The notes under the pieces: model-generated
Databases searched by the model: none
Told to the model about the DNA's origin: nothing
Seen by the model: the letters and a program-made list of their open reading frames with translations, nothing else
Program-made: the position numbers and the translations under genes
Assembly: GCF_041583155.1 (NCBI RefSeq)
Contig: NZ_JBFHGK010000010.1
Location: 33,216-97,215 of the forward strand
Source: Mariniflexile sp.
GTDB lineage: Bacteria > Bacteroidota > Bacteroidia > Flavobacteriales > Flavobacteriaceae
Length of the DNA stretch: 64,000 bases
Direction: 5' to 3'
Part shown: piece by piece, positions 48,301 through 56,354 of the stretch
Layout of the letters: each line of letters begins with the position of its first letter
How positions within the stretch are numbered: position 1 is the first letter of the stretch

Positions 48301-48923
48301 TATTTGGTGGAGACGGATGGGCATATGATATAGGTTACGGTGGTGTAGATCACGTATTATCAACAGGAGAAGATATAAATATTTTGGTAATGGATACCGA
48401 GGTTTATTCAAACACTGGAGGTCAGGCATCAAAATCGACTCCACTAGGAGCTAGTGCTAAATTTACCATTGGCGGTAAAAAGACCAGCAAAAAGAGCATG
48501 GCTTTACAAGCAATTTCTTATGGAAATGTATACGTTGCTCAAATAGCAATGGGAGCCAAGGACATGCAAACACTTAGAGCAATTCAAGAAGCTGCGGCAT
48601 ATCCTGGTCCATCTTTAATTATTGCCTACGCACACTGTGGTGAGCATGGTTACGAATTGAAACACGCAATTTCACAACAAGAAAAAGCTGTAGATTCTGG
48701 ATATTGGCCGCTATTTAGATTTGATCCTTCTAAACCAAAAGGAAAACGTTTCAGCATGGATTCTAAAGCACCAAGCATCCCATTAAGCGACTTTATGTAT
48801 AACGAAGCTCGTTTTAACAGGGTGGTAAAAGAAAATGCAACTTTAGGAGCCGAATTATTAAATCAAGCTCAAGATGAAGTTCATTCTAAATGGGAACGTT
48901 TAGAATTATACAGAGATATGTAA
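45393..48923 (+). CDS. nifJ: pyruvate:ferredoxin (flavodoxin) oxidoreductase
   Basis: 1176 aa single-chain PFOR. It has N-terminal DGNEA.A..A......IYPITPSS, internal 2x[4Fe-4S] motifs (CTQCNKCVAICP, CTGCDLCVAICP), and the TPP domain GGDGWAYDIGYGG. Confidence 0.95.
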   Translation: MKKEFKKLICDGNEAVAIIAHKTNEVCAIYPITPSSPMGEHAELYSSKGKTNIWNNTPRIVEMQSEGGAAGAVHGSLQAGALTTTFTASQGLLLMIPNMYKIAGELLPCVIHVAARTIATHALSIFGDHSDVMACRQTGFAMLFGGSVQEAHDFALISQVATLKSRVPFLNIFDGFRTSHEISKIDGIPDDVIKSMMPEAEVMAHRKRSLDPDNPVLRGSTQNPDVFFQAREACNPFYDKVPGIVQKTMDEFFEHTGRRYNLFDYLGHPEAERVIIIMGSAEGPVKEALEVMLADGEKVGVIFVRLFKPFSIAAFVEVLPETVTKIAVLDRTKEPGSVGDPLYLDIVAALNESEREMPTVVAGRYGLSSKEFTPAMVKGIYDELLNKKPKNHFTIGINDDVTFTSLYYDPSFETKTKTINCMFYGLGSDGTVGANKNSIKIIGETTDNYVQGYFVYDSKKAGAQTISHLRFGPDPIHSNYLVDKADFIASHKFNFIEKFDMISELKHGGTFLLNSPYSKDEIWDILPAEIQKGIIQKEAKFYVIDATQVAHDAKLGKRANTVLQTCFFAISGILPREEAIQKIKDAIVKSYSHKGEKVVKMNFNAVDKALENLFQVDYPKVLTSEKELSSAMRNAPDGFVTDVLEKILAGFGDELPVSAFTVDGTFPTGTTQYEKSGIADFIPVWDDADLCTQCNKCVAICPHAAIRSKVVSNEDIASFPTSLKRAAAIGRPFSKENDSYVLQVSPEDCTGCDLCVAICPAVSKEKDNFKAINMHKKIEVDAEENVNWDYFVNLPYNDRTALQITNLKGSQFLEPLFEFSGACSGCGETPYIKMITQLYGDSIMIANATGCSSIYGGNLPTTPYKKNEFGRGPAWANSLFEDNAEFGLGMKLALTKKQEIAVDLLKSLEPLVGSELVNNILNNPEATEIEKAKKHADIAELKKSLEIINNEDALKLNQLTEYLRKKAVWIFGGDGWAYDIGYGGVDHVLSTGEDINILVMDTEVYSNTGGQASKSTPLGASAKFTIGGKKTSKKSMALQAISYGNVYVAQIAMGAKDMQTLRAIQEAAAYPGPSLIIAYAHCGEHGYELKHAISQQEKAVDSGYWPLFRFDPSKPKGKRFSMDSKAPSIPLSDFMYNEARFNRVVKENATLGAELLNQAQDEVHSKWERLELYRDM

Positions 48924-48978
48924 ATACATATTAATTAACAAATAAAAGTAGTGTTTCTCCATGCTATAATTTTGTAGC

Positions 48979-49383
48979 ATGGAGGGCTCTAAATTAAAAT
49001 CACACATTATGGACAAAGAACCCATTGACTATTTTGTAAATGCAGCAAAGAAACTGAATGATGCAAACAAAGAACTATATAAACCTAAAGAAGATATTGT
49101 ATCCTTCCTTGTTTGTAAAAATTCACAATTTGCTATTGAAAATTATTTAAGAGGTTATCTCTTAAAAAATGGTGTAAACCATGAGAAATACACAACTATT
49201 AATAGTCTTTATGAGCAGTGCAAAAAAATAAATAAAAATTTTAGTAAATTAAACTTGGTAGATTTTAAATGTCAATCACAGAATACCGATTTAAAATTTT
49301 GTAATGAAGTTTCAATAGTAAGCAAATGTTTTGACGTGGCGAATAACCTAGACACACTACTTAGACAAGAAAGAATTATTTAA
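48979..49383 (+). CDS. hypothetical helical protein (weakly HEPN-like, no Rx4-6H motif)
   Basis: 134-aa ORF. The real start may be the second ATG at 49009 (MDKEPIDYF) because the first ATG sits in the right arm of a 10-bp hairpin (48957..48984). There is only a weak resemblance to the HEPN helix pattern (AIENYLRGYLLKNG). Confidence 0.4.
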   Translation: MEGSKLKSHIMDKEPIDYFVNAAKKLNDANKELYKPKEDIVSFLVCKNSQFAIENYLRGYLLKNGVNHEKYTTINSLYEQCKKINKNFSKLNLVDFKCQSQNTDLKFCNEVSIVSKCFDVANNLDTLLRQERII

Positions 49384-49430
49384 GAATAAATTTGTTTACA
49401 CTTCAAAAAAAGGCAAACATATCAACAAAT

Positions 49431-49480
49431 AAAACAGCCTTTAAATTGAATTACAAAAATTCAATTTAAAGGCTGTTTTT
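49431..49480. terminator. bidirectional rho-independent terminator
   Basis: ACAGCCTTTAAATTGAAT-TACAAAA-ATTCAATTTAAAGGCTGT is a perfect 18-bp stem flanked by an A4 run and a T5 run. It lies between convergent genes. Confidence 0.8.
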
Positions 49481-49498
49481 ATAAAATTCAATAGGTAA

Positions 49499-49744
49499 TT
49501 ATGACTGTATATTAATTACACGCTCTATTTGAGGTGCGTACTTTTTTATTGTCATTTCAACACCCGATTTTAGTGTCATTTGGTTAACACTGCATCCAAC
49601 GCATGCACCTTGTAACTGTACTTTTACTAAAGTATCATTCTCTTCAATAGATAATAATGAAATATCACCGCCATCACTTTGTAAAAACGGACGAATTTCT
49701 TCTAAGGCTTTTTCAACATTATCTCTTATTTCTTCTGACGTCAT
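49499..49744 (-). CDS. NifU-like (Nfu) Fe-S cluster carrier domain protein
   Basis: 81 aa with IRP.LQSDGGDI.L........V.VQLQGAC.GC, which contains the CxxC motif. Confidence 0.85.
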   Translation of the reverse strand: MTSEEIRDNVEKALEEIRPFLQSDGGDISLLSIEENDTLVKVQLQGACVGCSVNQMTLKSGVEMTIKKYAPQIERVINIQS

Positions 49745-50884
49745 TTATTTATTATTAACTGTTGAACATCCTGCCATTGTTGTAATTTTAATAGCTTCGG
49801 TTGGGGGTAAACTTTCATTACGCTTTACTACTTCTTGCACTACATTTTGTGTTAATTTCTCAAAGGCTTGCTCTAAAGGCGTACCTGTTTGCAATGCTGC
49901 TGGACGACCTACATCACCAGCTTCCCTGATACTCTGAACTAATGGTATTTCACCTAAAAATGGAATATTTAAATCCTCAGCTAAGTTTTTCGCACCTTCC
50001 TTTCCAAAAATATAGTATTTATTTTCTGGTAATTCCGCAGGTGTAAAATAGGCCATATTTTCAATGATTCCTAAAACAGGAACATCAATACTTTCTTGTT
50101 GGAACATCGCAACTCCTTTTTTAGCATCGGCTAAAGCTACATTTTGAGGAGTACTTACCACCACTGCTCCGGTAATAGGTAAAGACTGCATAATGCTTAA
50201 ATGAATATCGCCAGTTCCAGGAGGTAAATCAATTAGCAGAAAATCAATCTCACCCCAATGTGCATCAAAAATCATTTGATTTAAAGCTTTCGCCGCCATA
50301 GGACCTCGCCAAACAACCGCTTGGTTTGGTTGCGTAAAAAACCCAATAGAAAGGACTTTTACATCATAATTTTCAACAGGTTTCATTTTAGACTTCCCAT
50401 CAATGGTTACTGCAAGCGGTCTTTCAGCTTCTACATCAAACATAATTGGAATAGATGGCCCGTAAATATCGGCATCCAAAACCCCAACTTTAAAACCCAT
50501 TTTCGCCAAAGAAACAGCCAAATTAGAAGTTACTGTAGATTTTCCAACACCACCTTTACCTGAAGCCACAGCTATAATATTTTGAATTCCAGGAATAGGA
50601 TTTCCTTTTATTACGTTTACTTTTGGTTTTTCTGGAGCATCAACTGTTACGTTTACTTTTATTTTTGCTTTTTCGTAAACCAGTTCATGTATTGTTTTTA
50701 AAATATCAACTTCAGTACGTTTTTTTGCTTGTAAACTAGGGTTTGTAATGGTAATATCAACAATTACCTCATCTCCAAAAGTGATTACGTTTTTTACGGC
50801 ACCACTTTCTACCATGTTTTGCCCTTCACCCGCCACTGTAATAGTTTCTAGCGCTTTAAGTATATCTTGTTTATTAAGCTTCAT
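49745..50884 (-). CDS. apbC: Mrp/NBP35 (ApbC) family Fe-S cluster carrier ATPase
   Basis: 379 aa with an N-terminal DUF59-like domain, the deviant Walker A SGKGGVGKST and the DLPPGTGD motif. Confidence 0.9.
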   Translation of the reverse strand: MKLNKQDILKALETITVAGEGQNMVESGAVKNVITFGDEVIVDITITNPSLQAKKRTEVDILKTIHELVYEKAKIKVNVTVDAPEKPKVNVIKGNPIPGIQNIIAVASGKGGVGKSTVTSNLAVSLAKMGFKVGVLDADIYGPSIPIMFDVEAERPLAVTIDGKSKMKPVENYDVKVLSIGFFTQPNQAVVWRGPMAAKALNQMIFDAHWGEIDFLLIDLPPGTGDIHLSIMQSLPITGAVVVSTPQNVALADAKKGVAMFQQESIDVPVLGIIENMAYFTPAELPENKYYIFGKEGAKNLAEDLNIPFLGEIPLVQSIREAGDVGRPAALQTGTPLEQAFEKLTQNVVQEVVKRNESLPPTEAIKITTMAGCSTVNNK

Positions 50885-51093
50885 TTTTATATGTAATAGA
50901 CCTGATTTATAAGGTGTTAAACAAAAGACTAAACTCCTATAAATCTAATTAAATTTAATTTTATTAAGAATCATTCTAATCCACAAATATAGTCAATAAA
51001 GACTGAAGACAAATGACTTAAGTTATAAGTTTTTATGATAATATTTTGTATGAGATAATGGAATGATTGAATATTTAATTGAAAAATAAATAT

Positions 51094-51423
51094 TTATAAT
51101 TCTTTTGAAGGATCCCAATAAACAATTTCAAAATTTTGAATTTGATTGTTTACCACCTCAACACCTTCACTTTCCAATAACTGTTGCATCAAGTTAGTTC
51201 CTTCAAAATGATGTTTACCCGTTAATAAACCTTTACGATTTACAACCCGGTGGGCAGGCACCTCTTTATTATGAGACCCATTCATTGCGTAACCAACCAT
51301 ACGTGCACTACGTGCTGCACCCAAATAACATGCAATTGCTCCATAACTAGTTACACGACCGTAGGGAATCTGTTTTACAACTTCATAAACTTTATCAAAA
51401 AAACTAAGCGTTTCCTGCTTCAT
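51094..51423 (-). CDS. MGMT-family DNA-binding protein lacking the acceptor cysteine (alkyltransferase-like, ATL)
   Basis: 109 aa with V..IP.G.V.SYG.IA and VPAHRVVN in place of the PCHRV active site. Confidence 0.75.
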   Translation of the reverse strand: MKQETLSFFDKVYEVVKQIPYGRVTSYGAIACYLGAARSARMVGYAMNGSHNKEVPAHRVVNRKGLLTGKHHFEGTNLMQQLLESEGVEVVNNQIQNFEIVYWDPSKEL

Positions 51424-51426
51424 TTC

Positions 51427-52056
51427 CTACATTTCTTTAATAATATTGATTAATGTTATTATGGAAATAATAGCTGTGATACTACCAATAAGATAGTTCA
51501 TACTTTTTTGAGATGTAATGGATTTACCTTTTATTTTGTCGAAGAAAAACATATAAATATAAAGCATTACAAAGGTACCCATAGCTGCACCAGCTACATA
51601 AGAGATGATACTAATCTGGCTAAAATCTAATAAATTAAATGATGCCAACGTAATGGTCATATAAGCCTGATAAGGAATTGGAAATATATTAATGCTTGAC
51701 AAAAACACACCTTGAAAAAATCTGCCTTTTTTACTCCATCGCGCGGGTTCTTCAACTTCCACAGGCTCCTTTTTAGCGATAAATAAAAAGTATATGGTGA
51801 TAAGTACAAAAATAACGAATGCAACGCGTTGAAGCACATCTACAATCTCTAAATGATTACTCAATTGCCTAGCAAAAATGGCCGCCAAATATGTTTGTGC
51901 TATAACAACAATACAAACCCCAATTGAAAACATAACACCTCTTACAGGTCCTTCCTTTAAGCTTATTTTAGCAGCCGTCATGTTTAGCAATCCTGGTGGA
52001 ATTACACCAAGCAAAGCCACTATTAAGCCTAATAAAAAGATAACTGTTATGTCCAA
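51427..52056 (-). CDS. LysE family amino-acid exporter
   Basis: 209 aa with about 6 TM helices and an N-terminal ..G..PPG.LN.. block. The apparent start is a TTG at 52056, directly after the trmB stop. Confidence 0.65.
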   Translation of the reverse strand: MDITVIFLLGLIVALLGVIPPGLLNMTAAKISLKEGPVRGVMFSIGVCIVVIAQTYLAAIFARQLSNHLEIVDVLQRVAFVIFVLITIYFLFIAKKEPVEVEEPARWSKKGRFFQGVFLSSINIFPIPYQAYMTITLASFNLLDFSQISIISYVAGAAMGTFVMLYIYMFFFDKIKGKSITSQKSMNYLIGSITAIISIITLINIIKEM

Positions 52057-52058
52057 AC

Positions 52059-52733
52059 TTATTTTATTTTAAACTTAATATAAGTTATTGGTTTGTTTAG
52101 TTCTAAATACTGCGATTCGTAAAAAGTTTGTATACTAGTTACTTCCTCTGGACTTCCTTCTTGTTTATATACATTATGATTAGCATATAAAACCTCATGC
52201 CCTGCACCATGTAATAACCCCAGCGTGTAACCATGCATAAACTCGCTATCGGTTTTAAGGTTTACCACACCATCTGCTTTTAAAATGGTTTTGTAACGCT
52301 TTAAAAACTCAGCATTGGTCATACGATGCTTCGTTCGTTTGTATTTAATTTGTGGATCCGGAAAGGTTATCCAGATTTCATCTACCTCTGCTTCTGCAAA
52401 GGCATGATCTATTAATTCAATTTGCGTACGTAAGAAGGCAACATTAGAAATATTTTCTTCTACTGCCGTTTTGGCTCCTCGCCAAAAACGAGCCCCTTTA
52501 ATGTCGATTCCTATAAAATTTTTGTTAGGATACTTTTTTGCCAAGGCTACCGAATACTCTCCTTTACCACAACCTAACTCCAATACTAAGGGGTTATCAT
52601 TTTTAAACACCTCTTTATTCCATTGGCCTTTTAATGGGTATTCGCTATTTACCAACTCATCCCTTGTTGGTTGGTATACATTATTAAAGGTTTCATTCTC
52701 TCTAAATCGTCTCTGTTTATTCTTGCTTCCCAC
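52059..52733 (-). CDS. trmB: tRNA (guanine46-N7)-methyltransferase
   Basis: 224 aa with LELGCGKGE, FPDPQ.K.....R and a typical TrmB layout. The apparent start is a GTG. Confidence 0.88.
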   Translation of the reverse strand: MGSKNKQRRFRENETFNNVYQPTRDELVNSEYPLKGQWNKEVFKNDNPLVLELGCGKGEYSVALAKKYPNKNFIGIDIKGARFWRGAKTAVEENISNVAFLRTQIELIDHAFAEAEVDEIWITFPDPQIKYKRTKHRMTNAEFLKRYKTILKADGVVNLKTDSEFMHGYTLGLLHGAGHEVLYANHNVYKQEGSPEEVTSIQTFYESQYLELNKPITYIKFKIK

Positions 52734-52975
52734 GGGTAATTTTTAAAATAATTTGGTAAAATTAAGGAAATATAACTAAGCACATATATTCTTATCTTTG
52801 AATTTACTTTAAAGTTGCGTTAGGGATTGCAGCGATATCCTTTTTAAAAGTGGACTGGAAGACACCATTCGATGGCATTTTTTTACTGATTACCACATAA
52901 TATTTATTGAAATTCACCTTTTAAAAAGATAAAGCGAAAAGCCCGACCCTTGTGGTAACGCCATAATAAATACAG

Positions 52976-54022
52976 ATGAAAAAACGCATTTTAGTAGCGC
53001 CTTTAAACTGGGGACTGGGTCATGCAACACGCTCTATCCCGATTATAAAGGCCTTAATTTTACAGAATTTTGAGCCTGTTATTGCTAGTGATGGCGCTGC
53101 TTTAATGCTTTTAAAAAAAGAGTTTCCGGAATTATGCTTTTTTGAATTACCATCATACAACATCACTTATACAAAAAACGGTAAGTTTTTAAAATTCAAA
53201 CTTCTTTTAAACTCCCTGAACGTTGCAAATGCTATTAAAGCTGAAAGAGAAGTAACAAAAAGGATTGTAGACAAACAGGGAATTTCAGGCATCATTTCAG
53301 ATAACCGATTAGGTGTTTATAGTAATAAAGTTCCTTCCGTTTATGTAACACATCAATTAAAAGTTTTAAGTGGCAACACCACATGGATTAGCACTAAAGC
53401 ACATAGAAAATTTATACAAAATTTTGATGTTTGTTGGGTTCCAGACGTTGAGGGACCTATTAATTTAAGCGGACAGCTGGGGCATCCTAAAACTTACAAA
53501 ATCGCTACCAAGTATATTGGACCGTTAAGTCGGTTTGAAAAGAAAACTACAACCACATTGAATACCTTGCTTGTTGTACTTTCAGGCCCCGAACCACAAC
53601 GTAAGTTATTAGAAAACAAACTTCTAGCTGAATTAAAACACTATTCGGGCAGCATTATTTTTATAAAAGGTATAATGGAACAAGAGCAAACCAAACAAGT
53701 TTCAAACAACATAACCATATATAATTTTATGACCTCTGCCCAACTAGAAAAAACAATAAATGAAAGTGATTTGGTTATTTGCAGGTCTGGTTATACAACT
53801 ATTATGGATTTGGCAAAACTAAACAAAAAAGCTTTTTTTATACCAACACCTGGACAGTTTGAACAGGAATACTTAGCAAAACGTTTAACGGAATTGAAAC
53901 TAGCACCTAGTTGTAAACAAGATGAATTTTCTATAGACCAACTTAAAAAGACTGCAGATTTTGAAGGCTTACAATCGTTAGATTTTGAAACCGATTTTAA
54001 AACCTTATTTAGCCTTTTCTAA
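52976..54022 (+). CDS. glycosyltransferase (GT-B fold, MurG/GT28-like family protein)
   Basis: 348 aa with N-terminal ILVAPLNWGLGHATR and C-terminal ..SGYTTIMDL......FIPTPGQ.EQ. The substrate is unknown. Confidence 0.6.
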   Translation: MKKRILVAPLNWGLGHATRSIPIIKALILQNFEPVIASDGAALMLLKKEFPELCFFELPSYNITYTKNGKFLKFKLLLNSLNVANAIKAEREVTKRIVDKQGISGIISDNRLGVYSNKVPSVYVTHQLKVLSGNTTWISTKAHRKFIQNFDVCWVPDVEGPINLSGQLGHPKTYKIATKYIGPLSRFEKKTTTTLNTLLVVLSGPEPQRKLLENKLLAELKHYSGSIIFIKGIMEQEQTKQVSNNITIYNFMTSAQLEKTINESDLVICRSGYTTIMDLAKLNKKAFFIPTPGQFEQEYLAKRLTELKLAPSCKQDEFSIDQLKKTADFEGLQSLDFETDFKTLFSLF

Positions 54023-55048
54023 GGTAAACGAAAACTCACTACCTACACCAAATTCGCTTTCCACATAAATCTTCTCATTATGCGCTTCTATAATGTGCTT
54101 TACTATGGAAAGCCCTAAGCCAGAGCCACCTTCTTTACGAGAGCCACTTTTATCTACCCTATAAAAACGCTCGAACAAACGTTTATGGTGAGTTTTCTCG
54201 ATGCCTTCTCCATTATCGGTTACTCTAACAATAACCTTATTTTTTATTAGGTTTTCAATACTCACTTCGGTGGTGCCTTTTTCACGTCCGTATTTAATAG
54301 AATTCACCACTAAATTTGCTAAAACCTGCTGAATGCGTTCTTTGTCTGCCTTCACCATGATTGGTTTTGGGTAAATAATATCGTAAGTAAGGGTTATTTT
54401 CTTCTTGTTTGCCTTCATTTCAAGCATATCGAACACATTCTTAACTAACTCTACAATATCAAAGGTTTCAATATTTAAACTTAAATCACCAACCTCTAGT
54501 TTGGTAATCATATCTAAATCTTTAATAATGTATCCTAGGCGTTCTACACCTTTACTTGCGCGCTCTAAATATTTCTCCCTTAAATTTTTGTCATCCATGG
54601 CGCCATCAAGCAACGTAAGTATATACCCTTGAACCGTAAACAAAGGTGTTTTTAATTCGTGAGATACGTTGCCTAAAAATTCTTTTCTATACTGTTCTCG
54701 AACTTTAAGGGTTTCTATTTCAATTTTTTTATCGCGTGCAAACTTATCAATTTCTTGAGTTAGCGTTTGCATATCGGTAGTAATAGTTCCTTTATTGATA
54801 CTTGTGGATTCTAGCAGTGTAAGGTCGTCGTATATTTTTTTAACGCGCCGGTATATAAAGCGCTCTACACGAAATTGAACAATAGCAAAAGAAAAAAGAC
54901 ATGTTACAACTGCAAACAACAAGATATGCCAAACAGTTGGCTGGTAAAAACTGTATAAAAAAACACTCAATAAGAGCGTTATGAATACAGTAATATAGAG
55001 CGCTGTTTTTATCGCAAAATGATAAGACTTTTTAAATTTTGGCTGCAT
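54005..55048 (-). CDS. membrane sensor histidine kinase (PhoR/BaeS-like)
   Basis: 347 aa with two N-terminal TM helices, the H-box SHELKTPL, and the N/G boxes LANLVVNSIKY, DNGEGI and GSGLGLSI. Its ATG overlaps the TAA of the regulator gene (TAATG). Confidence 0.88.
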   Translation of the reverse strand: MQPKFKKSYHFAIKTALYITVFITLLLSVFLYSFYQPTVWHILLFAVVTCLFSFAIVQFRVERFIYRRVKKIYDDLTLLESTSINKGTITTDMQTLTQEIDKFARDKKIEIETLKVREQYRKEFLGNVSHELKTPLFTVQGYILTLLDGAMDDKNLREKYLERASKGVERLGYIIKDLDMITKLEVGDLSLNIETFDIVELVKNVFDMLEMKANKKKITLTYDIIYPKPIMVKADKERIQQVLANLVVNSIKYGREKGTTEVSIENLIKNKVIVRVTDNGEGIEKTHHKRLFERFYRVDKSGSRKEGGSGLGLSIVKHIIEAHNEKIYVESEFGVGSEFSFTLEKAK

Positions 55049-55728
55049 TAATCTACAAACTTATAGCCAACTCCTTTTATTGTTTTAAAACTATCATCTC
55101 CAATCTTTTCTCGCAGTTTACGGATATGTACATCAATCGTTCTTCCTCCAACTACAACTTCGTTACCCCAAACAGCATCAAGAATTTCATCGCGCTTAAA
55201 AACTTTTCCTGGTTTTGACGCCAATAAAGATAGTAATTCAAATTCTTTTCTAGGTAAAATTATTTCTTTGCCTTTTGACGTTATTTTATATTCATCGCGA
55301 TTTATCTCTAAACTTCCTATTTTGAATGAATCGGCAACATCTTCTTCTTTAAATCGACGTAGTAAAGCTTTTACTTTGCTTACCAAAACCTTTGGCTTAA
55401 TAGGTTTGGTAATATAATCATCAGCGCCTGCATCAAAACCTGCAACTTGCGAGTAGTCTTCACCCCTTGCGGTTAAAAACACCACTAATGTATTTTGCAA
55501 ATCGGGATTTTTTCTGATAAGTTCACAAGCTTCAATACCATCCATTTCTGGCATCATAACGTCTATGATAATCAAATTAGGCAGTTCTTTTTTTGCTTTC
55601 TTAACACCTTCAATGCCATTTTCAGCCGTAATAATCTGGTAGCCTTCACTTGATAAATTATAACCAACTATTTCTAAAATATCTGGTTCATCATCTACTA
55701 ATAGTATTTTGATATCTTTATTTTTCAT
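55048..55728 (-). CDS. OmpR-family response regulator
   Basis: The track start at 55740 is a TTG. The ATG at 55728 gives MKNKDIKILLVDDEPDI. It has a receiver domain (DD..D..K) and a winged helix (..TIDVHIRKLREKI....I.T..GVGYKF). Confidence 0.9.
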   Translation of the reverse strand: MKNKDIKILLVDDEPDILEIVGYNLSSEGYQIITAENGIEGVKKAKKELPNLIIIDVMMPEMDGIEACELIRKNPDLQNTLVVFLTARGEDYSQVAGFDAGADDYITKPIKPKVLVSKVKALLRRFKEEDVADSFKIGSLEINRDEYKITSKGKEIILPRKEFELLSLLASKPGKVFKRDEILDAVWGNEVVVGGRTIDVHIRKLREKIGDDSFKTIKGVGYKFVD

Positions 55729-55940
55729 CACTAAAAACAACGAAATTTCGTTTCGTTAAGTAAAGATAAAACTATTAACAATAATCCCTTGTAATTTTTG
55801 TAAGAATATAGCATTAATAACATTTAGGTAACAAACTGGATACCATAATTTAAACTTTCAACCAAAAACACCCATCTTTAACAATTTTTTGGCATCACTT
55901 TTGCGGATAATTAGTATCTTTATTCCGTTAAACAGAATTT

Positions 55941-56282
55941 ATGAAGAAACACTACTATCTAATCTTCTTTTTTGCATTAGCTTTTTTTACTACCCAACTA
56001 GGGTTTAGTCAAAATAATGCTAACAGCAATTCTGTGCAGCAAAATATAGAAGATTTATCCATTTACCCTAACCCTATAAGTAACGGTAAAACCCATATAT
56101 TTATTACATCAAGACGTAATTTTGCCAAAAAAATTGAGTTTTTCGATGTTTTAGGCAAACAAATATTCACAACAGTTCTTACTGGAAAAGAGTTAAACAT
56201 TTCCAATTTGAACAAAGGGGTGTATATTTTGAAAATTACCGAAGATAATATAAGTGAAACCAGAAAATTAGTGATTAGGTAA
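55941..56282 (+). CDS. small secreted protein consisting essentially of a signal peptide plus a T9SS type A sorting domain
   Basis: 113 aa. A signal peptide (MKKHYYLIFFFALAFFTTQLGFSQ) is followed by a short Asn/Ser linker. The remainder is LSIYPNP......I......KIEFFDVLGKQIF........ISNLNKGVYILKI.......RKLVIR. Confidence 0.75.
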   Translation: MKKHYYLIFFFALAFFTTQLGFSQNNANSNSVQQNIEDLSIYPNPISNGKTHIFITSRRNFAKKIEFFDVLGKQIFTTVLTGKELNISNLNKGVYILKITEDNISETRKLVIR

Positions 56283-56354
56283 AACGTAATCATTATTATA
56301 AATTTTAAACGTTACCTTTTGGTAGCGTTTTTTTATTTTATCTACTTTTGTTTT

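Noticed and set aside
48957-48984. 10-bp hairpin CTCCATGCTA-8 nt-TAGCATGGAG just after nifJ, whose right arm contains the first ATG of ORF 48979..49383.
   Set aside because: No U-tract follows, so it is not a convincing terminator. I only use it as an argument that the ORF may start at the second ATG at 49009. The evidence is insufficient for a regulatory call.
52832-52936. Imperfect ~20-nt inverted repeat (GCGATATCCTTTTTAAAAGTGG ... CACCTTTTAAAAAGATAAAGCG) in the trmB/glycosyltransferase divergent spacer, which could close a ~100-nt structured RNA.
   Set aside because: The match is dominated by the self-complementary low-complexity core CTTTTTAAAAG. The flanks pair only with a bulge and mismatches. 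I recognise no riboswitch or sRNA consensus.
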